From NCBI GenBank assembly GCA_963682135.1, contig OY821645.1, positions 608,001-672,000 of the forward strand: a stretch of DNA of 64,000 nt, given 5' to 3'. Source of the DNA: Methanothrix sp. (GTDB taxonomy: Archaea; Halobacteriota; Methanosarcinia; Methanotrichales; Methanotrichaceae). This document shows, piece by piece, positions 49,325-59,756 of this stretch (the first letter of the stretch is position 1; each line of letters opens with the position of its first letter). Position numbers and translations under genes: made by a program. The notes under the pieces were generated by a model that saw only the letters and a list, made by a program, of their open reading frames with translations, did not search any database and was not told where the DNA came from.

Positions 49325-50897
49325 ATGACACACGAAACCTCTGTGGGGAATCGTCTTCTACGACGTTCGTTCGCTTGTTGATGAAAAAGTCCGCATTTTT
49401 GACACGACTCTTAGGGATGGCGAGCAGACTCCCGGCGTATCACTCAATTTGGACGATAAGCTCAAGATCGCAAGGCAGCTTGATAAACTCGGTGTGAATG
49501 TTATCGAGGCTGGTTTTCCCGTATCCTCCAAAGGCGAGTTTGACAGCGTCCGGCAGATTGCCAGAGAGGGCTTGCAAGCCCAGGTCTGCGGCCTCTCTCG
49601 CATTGTGAAAAAGGATGCTCAGGCATGTCTTGATGCCGATGTGGGCATGGTGCATGTCTTCGTCCCTACCTCCGACATCCAGATAGCTCATACTATTAAG
49701 AAGAGCCATGATGAGATTGTGGCCGGAGCAATGGAGACTGTGCAGTTTGTCAAGGACAACGGCAGAACATGTCTCTTCTCTGCCATGGATGCCACCCGCA
49801 CCTCGCCGGAGTTCTTGCATCGCATCTTCAAGGCAGTGGAAGAAGTGCACTGCGATATAATCAATATCCCGGACACGGTAGGAGTAGCAGCTCCATCTGC
49901 TTTCTACCGTTTTGTCAAGGATATCTGCGATGATGTGGATATGGTAGTTGATGTGCACTGCCACAACGACTTCGGTCTGGCTGTGGCTAACAGCCTGGCG
50001 GCAGTCGAGGCAGGAGCCAGAGAGGTCCAGGTCTGCGTAAACGGACTGGGCGAGAGAGCTGGCAACGCCAACCTGGCCGAGACAGTGATGAGCTTGCATG
50101 CCATTTATGGTGCTCGCACCAGCATAAAGACGGAATACCTGGTGGAGACAGGCCGCATGGTAGAGCGGCTCACCGGGGTTAAGATTCCCATAACCGCACC
50201 CATCATAGGCGATAATGCCTTCTCCCATGAGAGCGGCATTCACAGCCACGGAGTTATCGAGAACAGCAAGACCTTTGAGCCAGGCATCATGACACCGGAG
50301 ATGGTAGGCCACAAGAGACGCATAGTCATGGGCAAGCACACGGGACGGCACGCTGTGGCCAAGGTGTTGGAGGAAGGGGGCTACCTGCCCACGGAAGAGC
50401 AGCTCCAGGAAATCCTGGAGAGGATCAAAGAGCTGGGCGACAAAGGAAAGCAGATTGCCAATATCGATCTTCAAGCCATTGCCGATGTGGTGATAGGAGA
50501 AGTGGCCAAAGGCAGTCAGGCTGTGATTCTCAAAGAGGTCTCAGTCATGACCGGCAACATCATCACCCCCACAGCAACCGTAAAGGCCCTGGTACGAGGT
50601 AAAGAGAAAGTTCTCGCCCATATCGGCGTGGGGCCGGTGGATGCCGCCGTAAATGCCGTGCAGGGCCTCCTGGAAAGCGATACATCAATTCACCTCTGCG
50701 ACTTTCGAATTGAGGCCATTAGCGGCGGGGCCGATGCCCTGGCGGAAGTGGTGATTGGCGTAGAGGACGACCGGGGACGCAAGGTCAGCGCCAGATCGGC
50801 ACGCGAGGATATAGTCATGGCTTCAGTGGAGGCTCTGGTCAGCGCCATAAACCGTTTGATGCTCCTCAATGACGCAGCAGAACGCAAGAAGGCTTGA
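49325..50897 (+). CDS. leuA: 2-isopropylmalate synthase; the 5' end needs recoding or a non-canonical start
   Basis: [14 protein letters not shown] (from 49395) in frame with ORF 49449..50897; IEAGFP, PDTVG, HCHND, GERAGN, HESGIH, regulatory domain GVGPVDA. Confidence 0.88.
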
Positions 50898-50937
50898 ATT
50901 TCAGGCCTTCCATCTATTTTATCGATATCTTTATTTT

Positions 50938-50964
50938 GAATACCCTGCAGCTTGCTGCGCGGGT
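50938..50964. repeat. Short palindromic element between convergent genes, related to 36164..36189
   Basis: GAATACCCTGCAGCTTGCTGCGCGGGT. Confidence 0.55.
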
Positions 50965-50997
50965 GCGCTGCCGTTTTATGCGCGTTCTTTTGTCATT

Positions 50998-52707
50998 CTA
51001 ATGCTCGAAATGCATATGCAGCTCTGTCTTCCCTTCTTTTGTTGAAAAGCTTATCTTATCCACATACCTGCTCATGGTAAACGCGGCGAGAGCCAGCGCG
51101 CTTGCCTGCTCATCATGCATAAAATCTATGCTGGGCATGGCGGTAGGAATATCGAAGGGCTTGCCCTCATAGACTGCCCGAACGTCCAGGTTGAACTCAT
51201 CAAACGAAGCGCTCAGGGCGATCTTTTTTTCAGATAGACCCAGGAAGGGTGCCGCATCCAGAAGCTCGTTCATGGCAGAGATGGCATTGAAGATTACCTC
51301 TCTTCGAGCACCCCAAATGCCGCCCTGTTTTTCCATGACCTGAAATATCTTTTCCGAGGTATCCGTAGCCGGATCGATCTCAAACTCCATCTTCCGGCTG
51401 ATGCCCATGCGGAAGAAGACGTTGAGCACCACGGCGCAGATGGTTGCCAGCGCCAGAGACGATGATAAGAGGGGCCGCAGCATAGGATCCAATCCGGCAT
51501 ATAGTCCGGGCACGGCATCAAAAGAGAGCCCGAATATGATGGAGAGCCCTACCACGAAGGTCTTTCTGGAATCGATCATTCGTGACATGATGATCTGAAT
51601 GCCTGCCATGATCATGAAGCAGACCGTAAAGATCAGAGAGGCTCCCATTACCGGTGTGGGCATGATCACGAAGATGGCTGCCAATTTGGGAAAGAAAGCC
51701 ATCAATATGAGAATGCCGCCTGCGGCATAACCGATGCGCCGGCTCGTCGCGCCGGTGGCGATGGATAGACCAATATTGCTGGAAGAGACCGACTGGCCCA
51801 GAGCCCCCAGGAGCCCGGAGGCTATGTTTCCTGCTCCGCAGGCCAGCATGCCACGACTTATGGACCGCATCTCTATTCTCTTCCAATCGGCATCGTTGAT
51901 CTTCTGGCAGGTGGTGAGGTCGCCCATGGTCTTGAGGGCAGAAGATAAGGCTGCCACCAGAAAGGGCACAAGCATGGCAGTGCTAAACGACATTCCGAAT
52001 TTGCCGATCTCAGGAAGCTGGAAAGATGCAGAGTCGACTATCAGCCTGACCTGGTCCATGGTCAAGATGCCTGTGGCAAAGGAGATTGCGTAGCCTGCAG
52101 CCATGCCGATCAAAAGAGAGTAGAGCCGCATCTTGCCTTTGCCCCAGACATTAAATCCGGCAGTGACTGCCAGAGTGATCAAAGCCACAAGAAAAGGCAG
52201 AGCTTGAACTGAGGGATGCAGACTATCCACCCCAAAGAACTTGGGAACGGCGATGGGTATCACCTCCACACCCACCATGAGCACTACAGTTCCCGTCACC
52301 TCCGGCGGGAAGAACTTGCGCATTCGGCCCACAACTTGAGAGAAAAGGCCCTCGAAGATACCGGCCAGGGCCGTCATGCCGAAGATGAGAGCCAGGCCAC
52401 CCGCCTTGCCTGCCAGGAGCGACGCCGGCACGAAAGCCGGACCGTTTAGCAGAGGGCAGAGATAACCGGAGCCGACCGGCCCTTTATTCAATGCCTGCAA
52501 AGCAGTGGAAAAGCCGGTGGCCAGCATGGCCATGCAGATGAGGTTTTGCGCATCTTCGGGCGAAGCACCGATCTCATTTATTATCACTACTGGGAAGATG
52601 AAGGCAATGGAAAGAATGAAGATATGCTGAAATCCCAGGATCAGCGTAGTGGCAAGAGGCGGCTCATCGTCAACGCCATAGATGAGATTGGTGGGTTTTC
52701 TGGCCAT
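50998..52707 (-). CDS. NCS2/NAT (xanthine/uracil permease) transporter with a C-terminal degenerate RsbW-like domain
   Basis: GFQH, FPPEVTG, SSNIGL..TGATSR, PVMGA; about 135-aa soluble tail. Confidence 0.88.
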   Translation of the reverse strand: MARKPTNLIYGVDDEPPLATTLILGFQHIFILSIAFIFPVVIINEIGASPEDAQNLICMAMLATGFSTALQALNKGPVGSGYLCPLLNGPAFVPASLLAGKAGGLALIFGMTALAGIFEGLFSQVVGRMRKFFPPEVTGTVVLMVGVEVIPIAVPKFFGVDSLHPSVQALPFLVALITLAVTAGFNVWGKGKMRLYSLLIGMAAGYAISFATGILTMDQVRLIVDSASFQLPEIGKFGMSFSTAMLVPFLVAALSSALKTMGDLTTCQKINDADWKRIEMRSISRGMLACGAGNIASGLLGALGQSVSSSNIGLSIATGATSRRIGYAAGGILILMAFFPKLAAIFVIMPTPVMGASLIFTVCFMIMAGIQIIMSRMIDSRKTFVVGLSIIFGLSFDAVPGLYAGLDPMLRPLLSSSLALATICAVVLNVFFRMGISRKMEFEIDPATDTSEKIFQVMEKQGGIWGARREVIFNAISAMNELLDAAPFLGLSEKKIALSASFDEFNLDVRAVYEGKPFDIPTAMPSIDFMHDEQASALALAAFTMSRYVDKISFSTKEGKTELHMHFEH

Positions 52708-52814
52708 CTTGGATCTCCATGCCCTCAAATATTTCATTCAAATTGATTTGCTGGTTCAGGCTGATTTGCATTTCAAATATTTCAATCTAATGTCTGATTC
52801 AATTTACGGTCGGA

Positions 52815-54185
52815 TCACCTTTCCACTTTGATAACAATGGCGGTAATATCGTCCGACTGCTCCATACCTACGGTAAACTGCCCCAGGTCACGCAAAACGC
52901 TATCCAGTATCTCTTGGGCAGAGAGATTTGAGGCAGCAGCCAGGGCGGATCTGAGACGATTCTCGCCGAAGAATTCCTCCTTGTCGTTCATGGCCTCCAC
53001 TATGCCATCTGTGTATGAAAGCAAAACATCACCCGGTTCAAGCGCCACCTGTCGCTGCTCGTAGTCCATATCTGCCATCATTCCCAGAGCTGCGCCGGTC
53101 ACATCCATCCTCTCCATACTACTTGATTTGGCTCGGAAGAGCAGAGGTGGATTGTGGCCGGCATTGGCGTAAACCAGGCTATGGTCTTTCTGGCTCAGCC
53201 TGGCCAGGAAAAGAGTAACGAACATACCCGAAGTCGTAGAACCGGAATCATCCACGATCATATTGTTGGCGCACTTCAGCCGTTCGAATCCCCCTCTTTG
53301 AGGCGCAGAGCAAGCTCGCACAATTATTCGGGAGAGGGCCATGAACAATGCAGCAGGAACTCCCTTTCCGGACACATCTGCGATCACAAACTGCAAATTG
53401 TCGTCCTGCTCGATGAAGTCGTAAAAGTCTCCGCCCACCTCTCTGGCGGGAATAGCAGTAGCTGCTATATCAAACCCTTTCAGAGAAGGAATCTTGCCGG
53501 GAAGAAAGCTCTTCTGAATATCTGCGGCTACCACCATCTCTGCCTGTTTTATCTGCAGCTGCAACTGGTAGCTGTCTCTTTCCTTCATCGTCTCTCTTTC
53601 CCGGATGACATTGGCTATGATGAATGCGAATATGAGCATGCCTGCTCCATTGGCAAGAATCATGGGTACGGATGCCTGCTCTACCACATGCAGAGCAAGA
53701 TCAAAGGGACGGGAGATGGCAATAGTCATCAGCATATGAAATAGCTCGAAGAGGACGGCAAAGGCGGCAGAGAAGACGACACCGGGAAATCTGCCTTTAT
53801 GCAGATAAACCAGGCCCCCAAAGAGACCTGCCAGAGTTACTATTATGCTACAGGCCAGAGCCGTGAAGCCGCCTTCAGAAAAGCGGAAAGCTGCGCCGAT
53901 AAGCCCGGCGCCCAGTCCCACCACCGGCCCGCAGGCGAGACCTGCCACAAGCGGCCCCAGATCACGGACGTTGATGATGGCCCCGAGCACATTAATGCCG
54001 ATTGCCGAGCCGTAAATCGAGACCAGTCCGAAGAAGAGAACAAGAAGTAGCTGGCTCTTCTTTGTTGGCCGCCCTTCAATAATCTCGGTGAATTGTCGGC
54101 TGCGTGAGATCAAGAGAGCAGCGACTACGATAACGCTTACCGCCTGGAGCAATACCAGGGAATCGCTGATTAGTAAATTGGCCAT
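52815..54185 (-). CDS. 5TM-LytS-type sensor fused to a PP2C (SpoIIE/RsbU) phosphatase
   Basis: NVRDLGP..GP.VG; VGGDFYD, DVSGKG, NAGHNPP, YTDG, DDIT. Confidence 0.92.
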   Translation of the reverse strand: MANLLISDSLVLLQAVSVIVVAALLISRSRQFTEIIEGRPTKKSQLLLVLFFGLVSIYGSAIGINVLGAIINVRDLGPLVAGLACGPVVGLGAGLIGAAFRFSEGGFTALACSIIVTLAGLFGGLVYLHKGRFPGVVFSAAFAVLFELFHMLMTIAISRPFDLALHVVEQASVPMILANGAGMLIFAFIIANVIRERETMKERDSYQLQLQIKQAEMVVAADIQKSFLPGKIPSLKGFDIAATAIPAREVGGDFYDFIEQDDNLQFVIADVSGKGVPAALFMALSRIIVRACSAPQRGGFERLKCANNMIVDDSGSTTSGMFVTLFLARLSQKDHSLVYANAGHNPPLLFRAKSSSMERMDVTGAALGMMADMDYEQRQVALEPGDVLLSYTDGIVEAMNDKEEFFGENRLRSALAAASNLSAQEILDSVLRDLGQFTVGMEQSDDITAIVIKVER

Positions 54186-54220
54186 GTGAATTATCAGCTA
54201 TATGTGAATATCAGCGATAT

Positions 54221-54568
54221 TCACGTTTGAAGACTCTTGATCGCTTCATCCTGACTGGGATAGATGGAAAAAAATCTATTGGCCCCGGTCAAAAAGAAGA
54301 CATCTTTGACAAAAGGCTGCAAAGCCGCTAGGAGCAGATCTCCGTCCTTGTGTTTGAGCTTGTTAAGCGATGCCATGAGCACCCGCAGGCCAGAGCTGCT
54401 GAGAAACTCCACCTTTTCCATGTCAATCACCAAAAACCTCTTGTTCTTATCTATTAGTCCTGTTATTGCAGTCTCCAGGTCCTTGGAAGTCACTGCATCG
54501 ATTTTACCGGATACGAAGAGGACCGGAATATCCTTGATAAGACTATGGATGATCTCCATTTTGCTCAT
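54221..54568 (-). CDS. STAS-domain anti-anti-sigma-like protein (RsbV/SpoIIAA)
   Basis: GKIDA, DMEKVEFLSSSGLRVL with the phospho-acceptor Ser. Confidence 0.92.
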   Translation of the reverse strand: MSKMEIIHSLIKDIPVLFVSGKIDAVTSKDLETAITGLIDKNKRFLVIDMEKVEFLSSSGLRVLMASLNKLKHKDGDLLLAALQPFVKDVFFLTGANRFFSIYPSQDEAIKSLQT

Positions 54569-54772
54569 GACAATGATCCAGGGACTTCAAACTTATATTC
54601 CTTATGCGAGATTACCCTCGCGATAGAATACCCTGGTGAAAAGAAGGCATCCTAAGCAAGGAGGAAGGGCAGCACTTTGCGAGTGACGCCTAAGTCCGAG
54701 CTACACCAAAAAAGATAATACCATCAAGTCTAAAAAGGAGAATGTGGAGGAATCTCATCGATAAATGCTTCT

Positions 54773-55528
54773 TTGCAGGGTGTAATCGATTCGCATTGCC
54801 ACCTTGACTTTAAGCAGTTCAATAAAGACCGCGAAGCAGTACTAGATAATGCCCGGAAATCAGGCGTAGTCCACATGATCAACTCAGGAGTGGACTATTC
54901 CACCAATGCCAAGTCCCTGGAGCTGGCCAAAAAGTACGATTTCATCTCCGCTACGTTGGGGCTTTCCCCTAACACTTTGCAGAGCATAAGAGAGCCTGAA
55001 CTGGAGATGCTTTTTAAGCAGATTGAAGACAACGCCGGCCAGGCAGTGGGCATAGGCGAGGCAGGATTAGATTACTATCACTGCAAAGATGCTCCCAGCA
55101 GGCAGAGCCAGGCGAAGGTCTTTAGCAGGGTCATAGAGATGGCCAAATCCCTCGATTTGCCTTTGGTCATTCATTCCCGTGATGCCGAGCAGCCAGCTCT
55201 CGAGATGGTAAAGCACCTGGAAAAGGTCGTCTTCCACTGCTTCAGCGGCTCAATCGCAACCATGAAAGAGGCCATTGATCAGGGATTTTACATTTCTCTG
55301 GCGACGAATACCTGTCGATCCGGACATCATCAAATCCTGGCTAGAAATGTATCACTGGACCGACTGCTGGTGGAGACCGACAGCCCCTTCCTCTCACCTC
55401 GGGGCGGCAGAAATGAACCATCGCTTGTCTTAGACAGCGTCCGCCTCATTGCCAGGATTAGAGGTTTGGAGCCTCAAGAGATCGCCCGGATAACTGCGGA
55501 AAATACCAAACGAATTTATAACATCTGA
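54773..55528 (+). CDS. tatD: TatD-family hydrolase/DNase
   Basis: DSHCHL, GEAGLDY, HSR, FHCF, ETDSP. Confidence 0.92.
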   Translation: MQGVIDSHCHLDFKQFNKDREAVLDNARKSGVVHMINSGVDYSTNAKSLELAKKYDFISATLGLSPNTLQSIREPELEMLFKQIEDNAGQAVGIGEAGLDYYHCKDAPSRQSQAKVFSRVIEMAKSLDLPLVIHSRDAEQPALEMVKHLEKVVFHCFSGSIATMKEAIDQGFYISLATNTCRSGHHQILARNVSLDRLLVETDSPFLSPRGGRNEPSLVLDSVRLIARIRGLEPQEIARITAENTKRIYNI

Positions 55529-55553
55529 TAAAATATATCAAGAAAGGATCAAC

Positions 55554-56048
55554 ATGAATCGGATACCAATACAGTTCGAGCATATCATGAGTTACCTGGG
55601 TTCCAAGAAGGAGAAGGGGAGAAAGAAGATCGGACTGCTCGTGGATGGTCCCAATATGCTCAGAAAGGAGTTTCAGATGGATCTGGAGGAGATTCGAGAC
55701 ATCCTCAAGGATTATGGCGATATCAAGATGGGTAAGGTTTTCTTAAATCAGTACGCCTCGGAAAAACTGGTAGAAGCTGTGGAAAATCAGGGCTTTGATC
55801 CGGTAATCTGCACCAGCGATGTGGATGTGAGAATGGCGGTTGAGGGTGTGGATATGATCTATAATCCCGTTATCGATACCCTGGCCCTTGTGACCCGGGA
55901 CGCCGATTTAAAGCCGGTGCTCATGAAAGCAATGGAGCACGGCAAAGAGACTATCATCTTTGGAGCGGAACCGGGTTTTTCAGTGGCTCTGCGAAACTCC
56001 GCGGATTATGTTATAGTTCTGCGAAACGGCCAGTATGTACCGGAATAA
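55554..56048 (+). CDS. NYN-domain protein (UPF0058/TIGR00288-like)
   Basis: LVDGPNMLRKEF, DVDV, TRDADL. Confidence 0.85.
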   Translation: MNRIPIQFEHIMSYLGSKKEKGRKKIGLLVDGPNMLRKEFQMDLEEIRDILKDYGDIKMGKVFLNQYASEKLVEAVENQGFDPVICTSDVDVRMAVEGVDMIYNPVIDTLALVTRDADLKPVLMKAMEHGKETIIFGAEPGFSVALRNSADYVIVLRNGQYVPE

Positions 56049-56116
56049 GCGCTGTCCGAAGGTTATAGTCCCAAGGATATACGCGTTGCCGGCTACGATG
56101 CCAAGAGGGAGCTAAA

Positions 56117-56779
56117 TTGAAACCAATTCAGACTGTGATGGGTAGAAGAGTGGACTATAGACGCAGGGATGAATGGGGCGAGCCGATACCAGTCAGCGGC
56201 TGGCGTAGCTACATTCCTCCCGGGCTGCCTGTGACCTATTCGGGCCTAATATTATTGGCATGCATAGTAGTATTCCTTGTCAATCTCGTTATTCCTGACT
56301 TCGTGGAAGATTACTTGGTTCTAAACTTGGGATATGTAATGCAAAGGCCCTGGACGCTTATTACGTATATGTTCGTGCATGCCGACTTTAACCACATATT
56401 CTGGAATATGGTAGTCCTTTTTTTCTTTGGCATGGAGCTGGAGCGGCGTGTGGGTGAGAACAAATTCCTGCAGATCTACATCTTCTCCGGGATCGTAGCA
56501 GCACTGGGCCAGATGATGATATCAGGGGGCTCCTTAATGGGGGCGAGCGGAGCGCTCTATGGTGTGATGGGCTGTCTAGCGATAATTGCTCCCGAGATTC
56601 GCATATTGCTCTTCTTCGTTATACCGATGAGCATTCGTGGCGCAGTCGTACTATACGCACTATTTGATTTCCTGACATTAGGTTCGGCAGACAATATAGC
56701 TCATATGGCTCATATCGTGGGGCTGCTGGTCGGGCTGGCCTACGGGCAGGCGATGAGTAGAATGCCGAGATACTACTAA
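56117..56779 (+). CDS. Rhomboid intramembrane serine protease
   Basis: HIFWNM, GASG, AHMAHIVG. Confidence 0.93.
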   Translation: MKPIQTVMGRRVDYRRRDEWGEPIPVSGWRSYIPPGLPVTYSGLILLACIVVFLVNLVIPDFVEDYLVLNLGYVMQRPWTLITYMFVHADFNHIFWNMVVLFFFGMELERRVGENKFLQIYIFSGIVAALGQMMISGGSLMGASGALYGVMGCLAIIAPEIRILLFFVIPMSIRGAVVLYALFDFLTLGSADNIAHMAHIVGLLVGLAYGQAMSRMPRYY

Positions 56780-57062
56780 TAAGAGAGCCAAACAATCGAA
56801 AAAAGCATTGATGCATAATTAATATTATCTACAGAAATGTTTCCCTGGGTGAGACAAAATTTATCCTATTTACATCAATTAGCAAATTTGATTAATTAAT
56901 TGTTGTGCATAGTATTGCAGGGAGTTAAAGCTTTATAGCTCAGTGCACGATTATATTAAATTAATTTCCTATGCAATGGACTAACCTTCATTTGGACCAA
57001 TCTTTTTATACTTCAAGATACGTAGTAAAAATGGGAATGTAGCAAGAAGGCGATGCAAGAAG

Positions 57063-58670
57063 ATGATGTCTATAGCAAAGGGATCGGTCGGAACAATTGT
57101 TGGTGAGACCAATCCATTAGCATTCAAGTTCATTATAAACAAAGAGGTGGGTCGAGGCACCTACATCAAGGCTAAAGCTGACGGAAGGGAATGGGCCCTC
57201 GCCCAGGTGGAGGACATCAAACGATCAAACATCGCCTACAGTGTAAACCAGCTCAATGATGCAGCCCGCAATTATGATTCAAAAGAGATGATGATAGCTG
57301 AAGCCAGGGTTATCGGTGTGACAAGCAATGGCAAACTGCGTCTTCCCACCAGCCCTGCCCGGCCGGGAGATCCGGTATTCATAGCAGACGAAAAACTTAT
57401 CAAGGCAACCCTGGGCCTGGCCAAGGGAGATATGTACATAGGCATGTTGCGAGGTTATGATATCCGGGTGGAGCTGGATGCCAATACCCTTGTACAAAAG
57501 CATTGCAGCGTGCTGGCCAAGACAGGCTCAGGAAAATCCTATACAGCGGCCGTGATTTTGGAGGAGCTTCTGGAAAGGAAAGTGGCTCTGCTCATCATAG
57601 ATCCTCATGGCGAGTACGCCTCCATGAAGGAGCCCAATAAAGTGGGCGACTTCTCCAAATATAAGGTCAAGCCGCGAGGCTATGACGCAACCATCTACAC
57701 TCCGGGCGAGATGGCCATGAATCCCAGAGCCGACCGGCCTTTTCGCTTTAACGGAATGAACATGTCTGCCCGGGAAGTCTCGAAGATGATTCCCCACGAG
57801 AGCAGCAGCAGCGGCCAGTTGGGATTGCTCTACGAGGCAGTCAGTGCCCTGCGGGCGGAGACTGATGTCTACACCCTGGAAGACATCATAGAGCAGGTAG
57901 TACGAAGTAATTCCAAGACAAAGTGGAATTTAGTGGGCCAGCTTGAGTCACTTCTGGAGCTGGGACTCTTCTCGGGAGCGGAGACACCAGTTGAAGAGCT
58001 TCTGCGGCCCGGCAAGGCAGCAGTTATCGATATGACCGGCATCCTCCCCGAACTGCAGGCCATGATCGTATCTCGACTCTTAACAGATGTCTTTGAAGCC
58101 AGAAAGCGCAGGCTTGTCTCACCGGGAATGGTAGTGGTAGAGGAAGCCCATAACTACATTCCGGAACGGGGCAGCGGAAACGCCGCTTCCACCAGCATTG
58201 TGCGCACCATTGCCGCGGAGGGCAGAAAATTTGGCATGGGGCTGATGGTCATCAGCCAGAGGCCGGCCCGTGTGGACAAGAACGTCATTTCTCAGTGCAA
58301 CACACAGATCATTATGAGAGTCACCAATCCCAATGACCTCAAAGCTCTCTCTAAAGGCCTGGAGGGAATGACAGGCGATCTGGAAGAGGAGATCAAGAGG
58401 CTGCCGGCGGGGGTGGCCATGCTGGTGAGCAATGAGATCGAACGGCCTATCACAGTTGATGTCCGGCCCAGGAAATCCAGACACGGGGGAGTGAGCACTC
58501 AGATAGTGATCAAAGAGAAAGCGTCCGCTGCCGGATCGCGTGCTTCTCGAAGCGCGGATAAAAGATCAGGCACTCCACCGACTTCACCAGGGGGAGCCAA
58601 GGCGAGCAGGCCCAGGGAGAAGAAAGCAAGCGGCCTCCTAAAGAAGGTTTTTGGGGCGAGAAAAGCATGA
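57063..58670 (+). CDS. HerA/FtsK-like ATPase (HAS barrel + DUF87)
   Basis: AKTGSGKS, DPHGEY, EEAH, EGRKFG, SQRP. Confidence 0.9.
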   Translation: MMSIAKGSVGTIVGETNPLAFKFIINKEVGRGTYIKAKADGREWALAQVEDIKRSNIAYSVNQLNDAARNYDSKEMMIAEARVIGVTSNGKLRLPTSPARPGDPVFIADEKLIKATLGLAKGDMYIGMLRGYDIRVELDANTLVQKHCSVLAKTGSGKSYTAAVILEELLERKVALLIIDPHGEYASMKEPNKVGDFSKYKVKPRGYDATIYTPGEMAMNPRADRPFRFNGMNMSAREVSKMIPHESSSSGQLGLLYEAVSALRAETDVYTLEDIIEQVVRSNSKTKWNLVGQLESLLELGLFSGAETPVEELLRPGKAAVIDMTGILPELQAMIVSRLLTDVFEARKRRLVSPGMVVVEEAHNYIPERGSGNAASTSIVRTIAAEGRKFGMGLMVISQRPARVDKNVISQCNTQIIMRVTNPNDLKALSKGLEGMTGDLEEEIKRLPAGVAMLVSNEIERPITVDVRPRKSRHGGVSTQIVIKEKASAAGSRASRSADKRSGTPPTSPGGAKASRPREKKASGLLKKVFGARKA

Positions 58671-59029
58671 TGAGCCGAAAATTCAGCGATCTAAAAGCGA
58701 GCGATCTGGCCAAGCTGCCGGCCTTAACCTATGATCACTCTTGTATTGGTGAAGAGAGAATTTATCTGCATCTTTTCAACAAAAAGAATATGCACTGGTA
58801 TCTGGCAGAGTATGGTTCCATCGGCAAAAAATTCTTCGGATTCTTTGAGAATAAATCGGACGGATTGACCTCAGGGCAATGCAGCGTCGAAGAGATCACC
58901 TATTGGGCGAAAAAGGGAGAAGCCTGGGAGCCAATGGTTGATGAAGACTGGAAGCCGGTGGCAGCCAAGGAGATTCCCATCCTGACTGAATATGTAAAAA
59001 TGATGATTTGCCAGCCGGATATAACATAA
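58667..59029 (+). CDS. Hypothetical protein, DUF2958-like
   Basis: LF..WYLAEY..FFG..G..S.EE..D..WKP pattern; overlaps the ATPase stop (ATGA). Confidence 0.55.
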   Translation: MMSRKFSDLKASDLAKLPALTYDHSCIGEERIYLHLFNKKNMHWYLAEYGSIGKKFFGFFENKSDGLTSGQCSVEEITYWAKKGEAWEPMVDEDWKPVAAKEIPILTEYVKMMICQPDIT

Positions 59030-59060
59030 GCCTTAAGACGTCAAAACGCATATTAATTCT

Positions 59061-59756
59061 GTGGCTATGAAATCCGGGAAATTTGAATTTATACTAGCCT
59101 TAGCGCTGGCAATTAATGCACTATTTGCCCTCAATGCCTGCGCTATCATAGATGGTGGCTCGGGACTATCCGCTGATCAGCTCATCGATGCCAGCAATGG
59201 CATCTATGTCTTTAATAACGGTATACCGGAAAATCCTCAGGTATCGAGAAAGCTGTGGAGCAAGGAGATGGGCACTAATTTCACCATTCCCGGCAAGCTA
59301 TCAGGAAACCAAACCAATCCAGTGGAGGTTCGAAGTTCTGTAAACACCGGCGAGGCACTTGCCTTTCAGACTGCAAGTACCGTGAGTTCAGGCCAGGCTA
59401 AAGCCGCATCATCGCCGGAGCCGACCGTCTTGCCGGCAGCAGGCGTGGCAGGAAACTGGTCCTTCCGACTTAGAGACAGCAAGAATCGATTTATGGCCAT
59501 CACGCTTTTCCAATCAGAGAACACAGTTCTCGGGACGGGCAACATAAATGATGGCGGCGATACCCTGAAGGTCCTGGCTTCAGGCTTAATTTCCGCAGAT
59601 AAGCTCCATCTGGATGTGATATCCTCCGGGATCGTTAACCTTTACCGACTCAGCCTCAATCTGAGCGGCAGTTCAGCTTCCGGTGAATACAAGGCGTTCT
59701 CAACCAAAGGCGAGACATGGATAGGAAGCGCGGAAGGTATGCTTGGCGCTAATTAA
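59061..59756 (+). CDS. Secreted hypothetical protein
   Basis: Signal peptide, linker, beta-rich C-terminal domain. Confidence 0.7.
   Translation: MAMKSGKFEFILALALAINALFALNACAIIDGGSGLSADQLIDASNGIYVFNNGIPENPQVSRKLWSKEMGTNFTIPGKLSGNQTNPVEVRSSVNTGEALAFQTASTVSSGQAKAASSPEPTVLPAAGVAGNWSFRLRDSKNRFMAITLFQSENTVLGTGNINDGGDTLKVLASGLISADKLHLDVISSGIVNLYRLSLNLSGSSASGEYKAFSTKGETWIGSAEGMLGAN

Noticed and set aside
49449-49451. TTG start of leuA given by the ORF track
   Set aside because: It would omit the catalytic DTTLRDGEQ motif encoded in frame upstream
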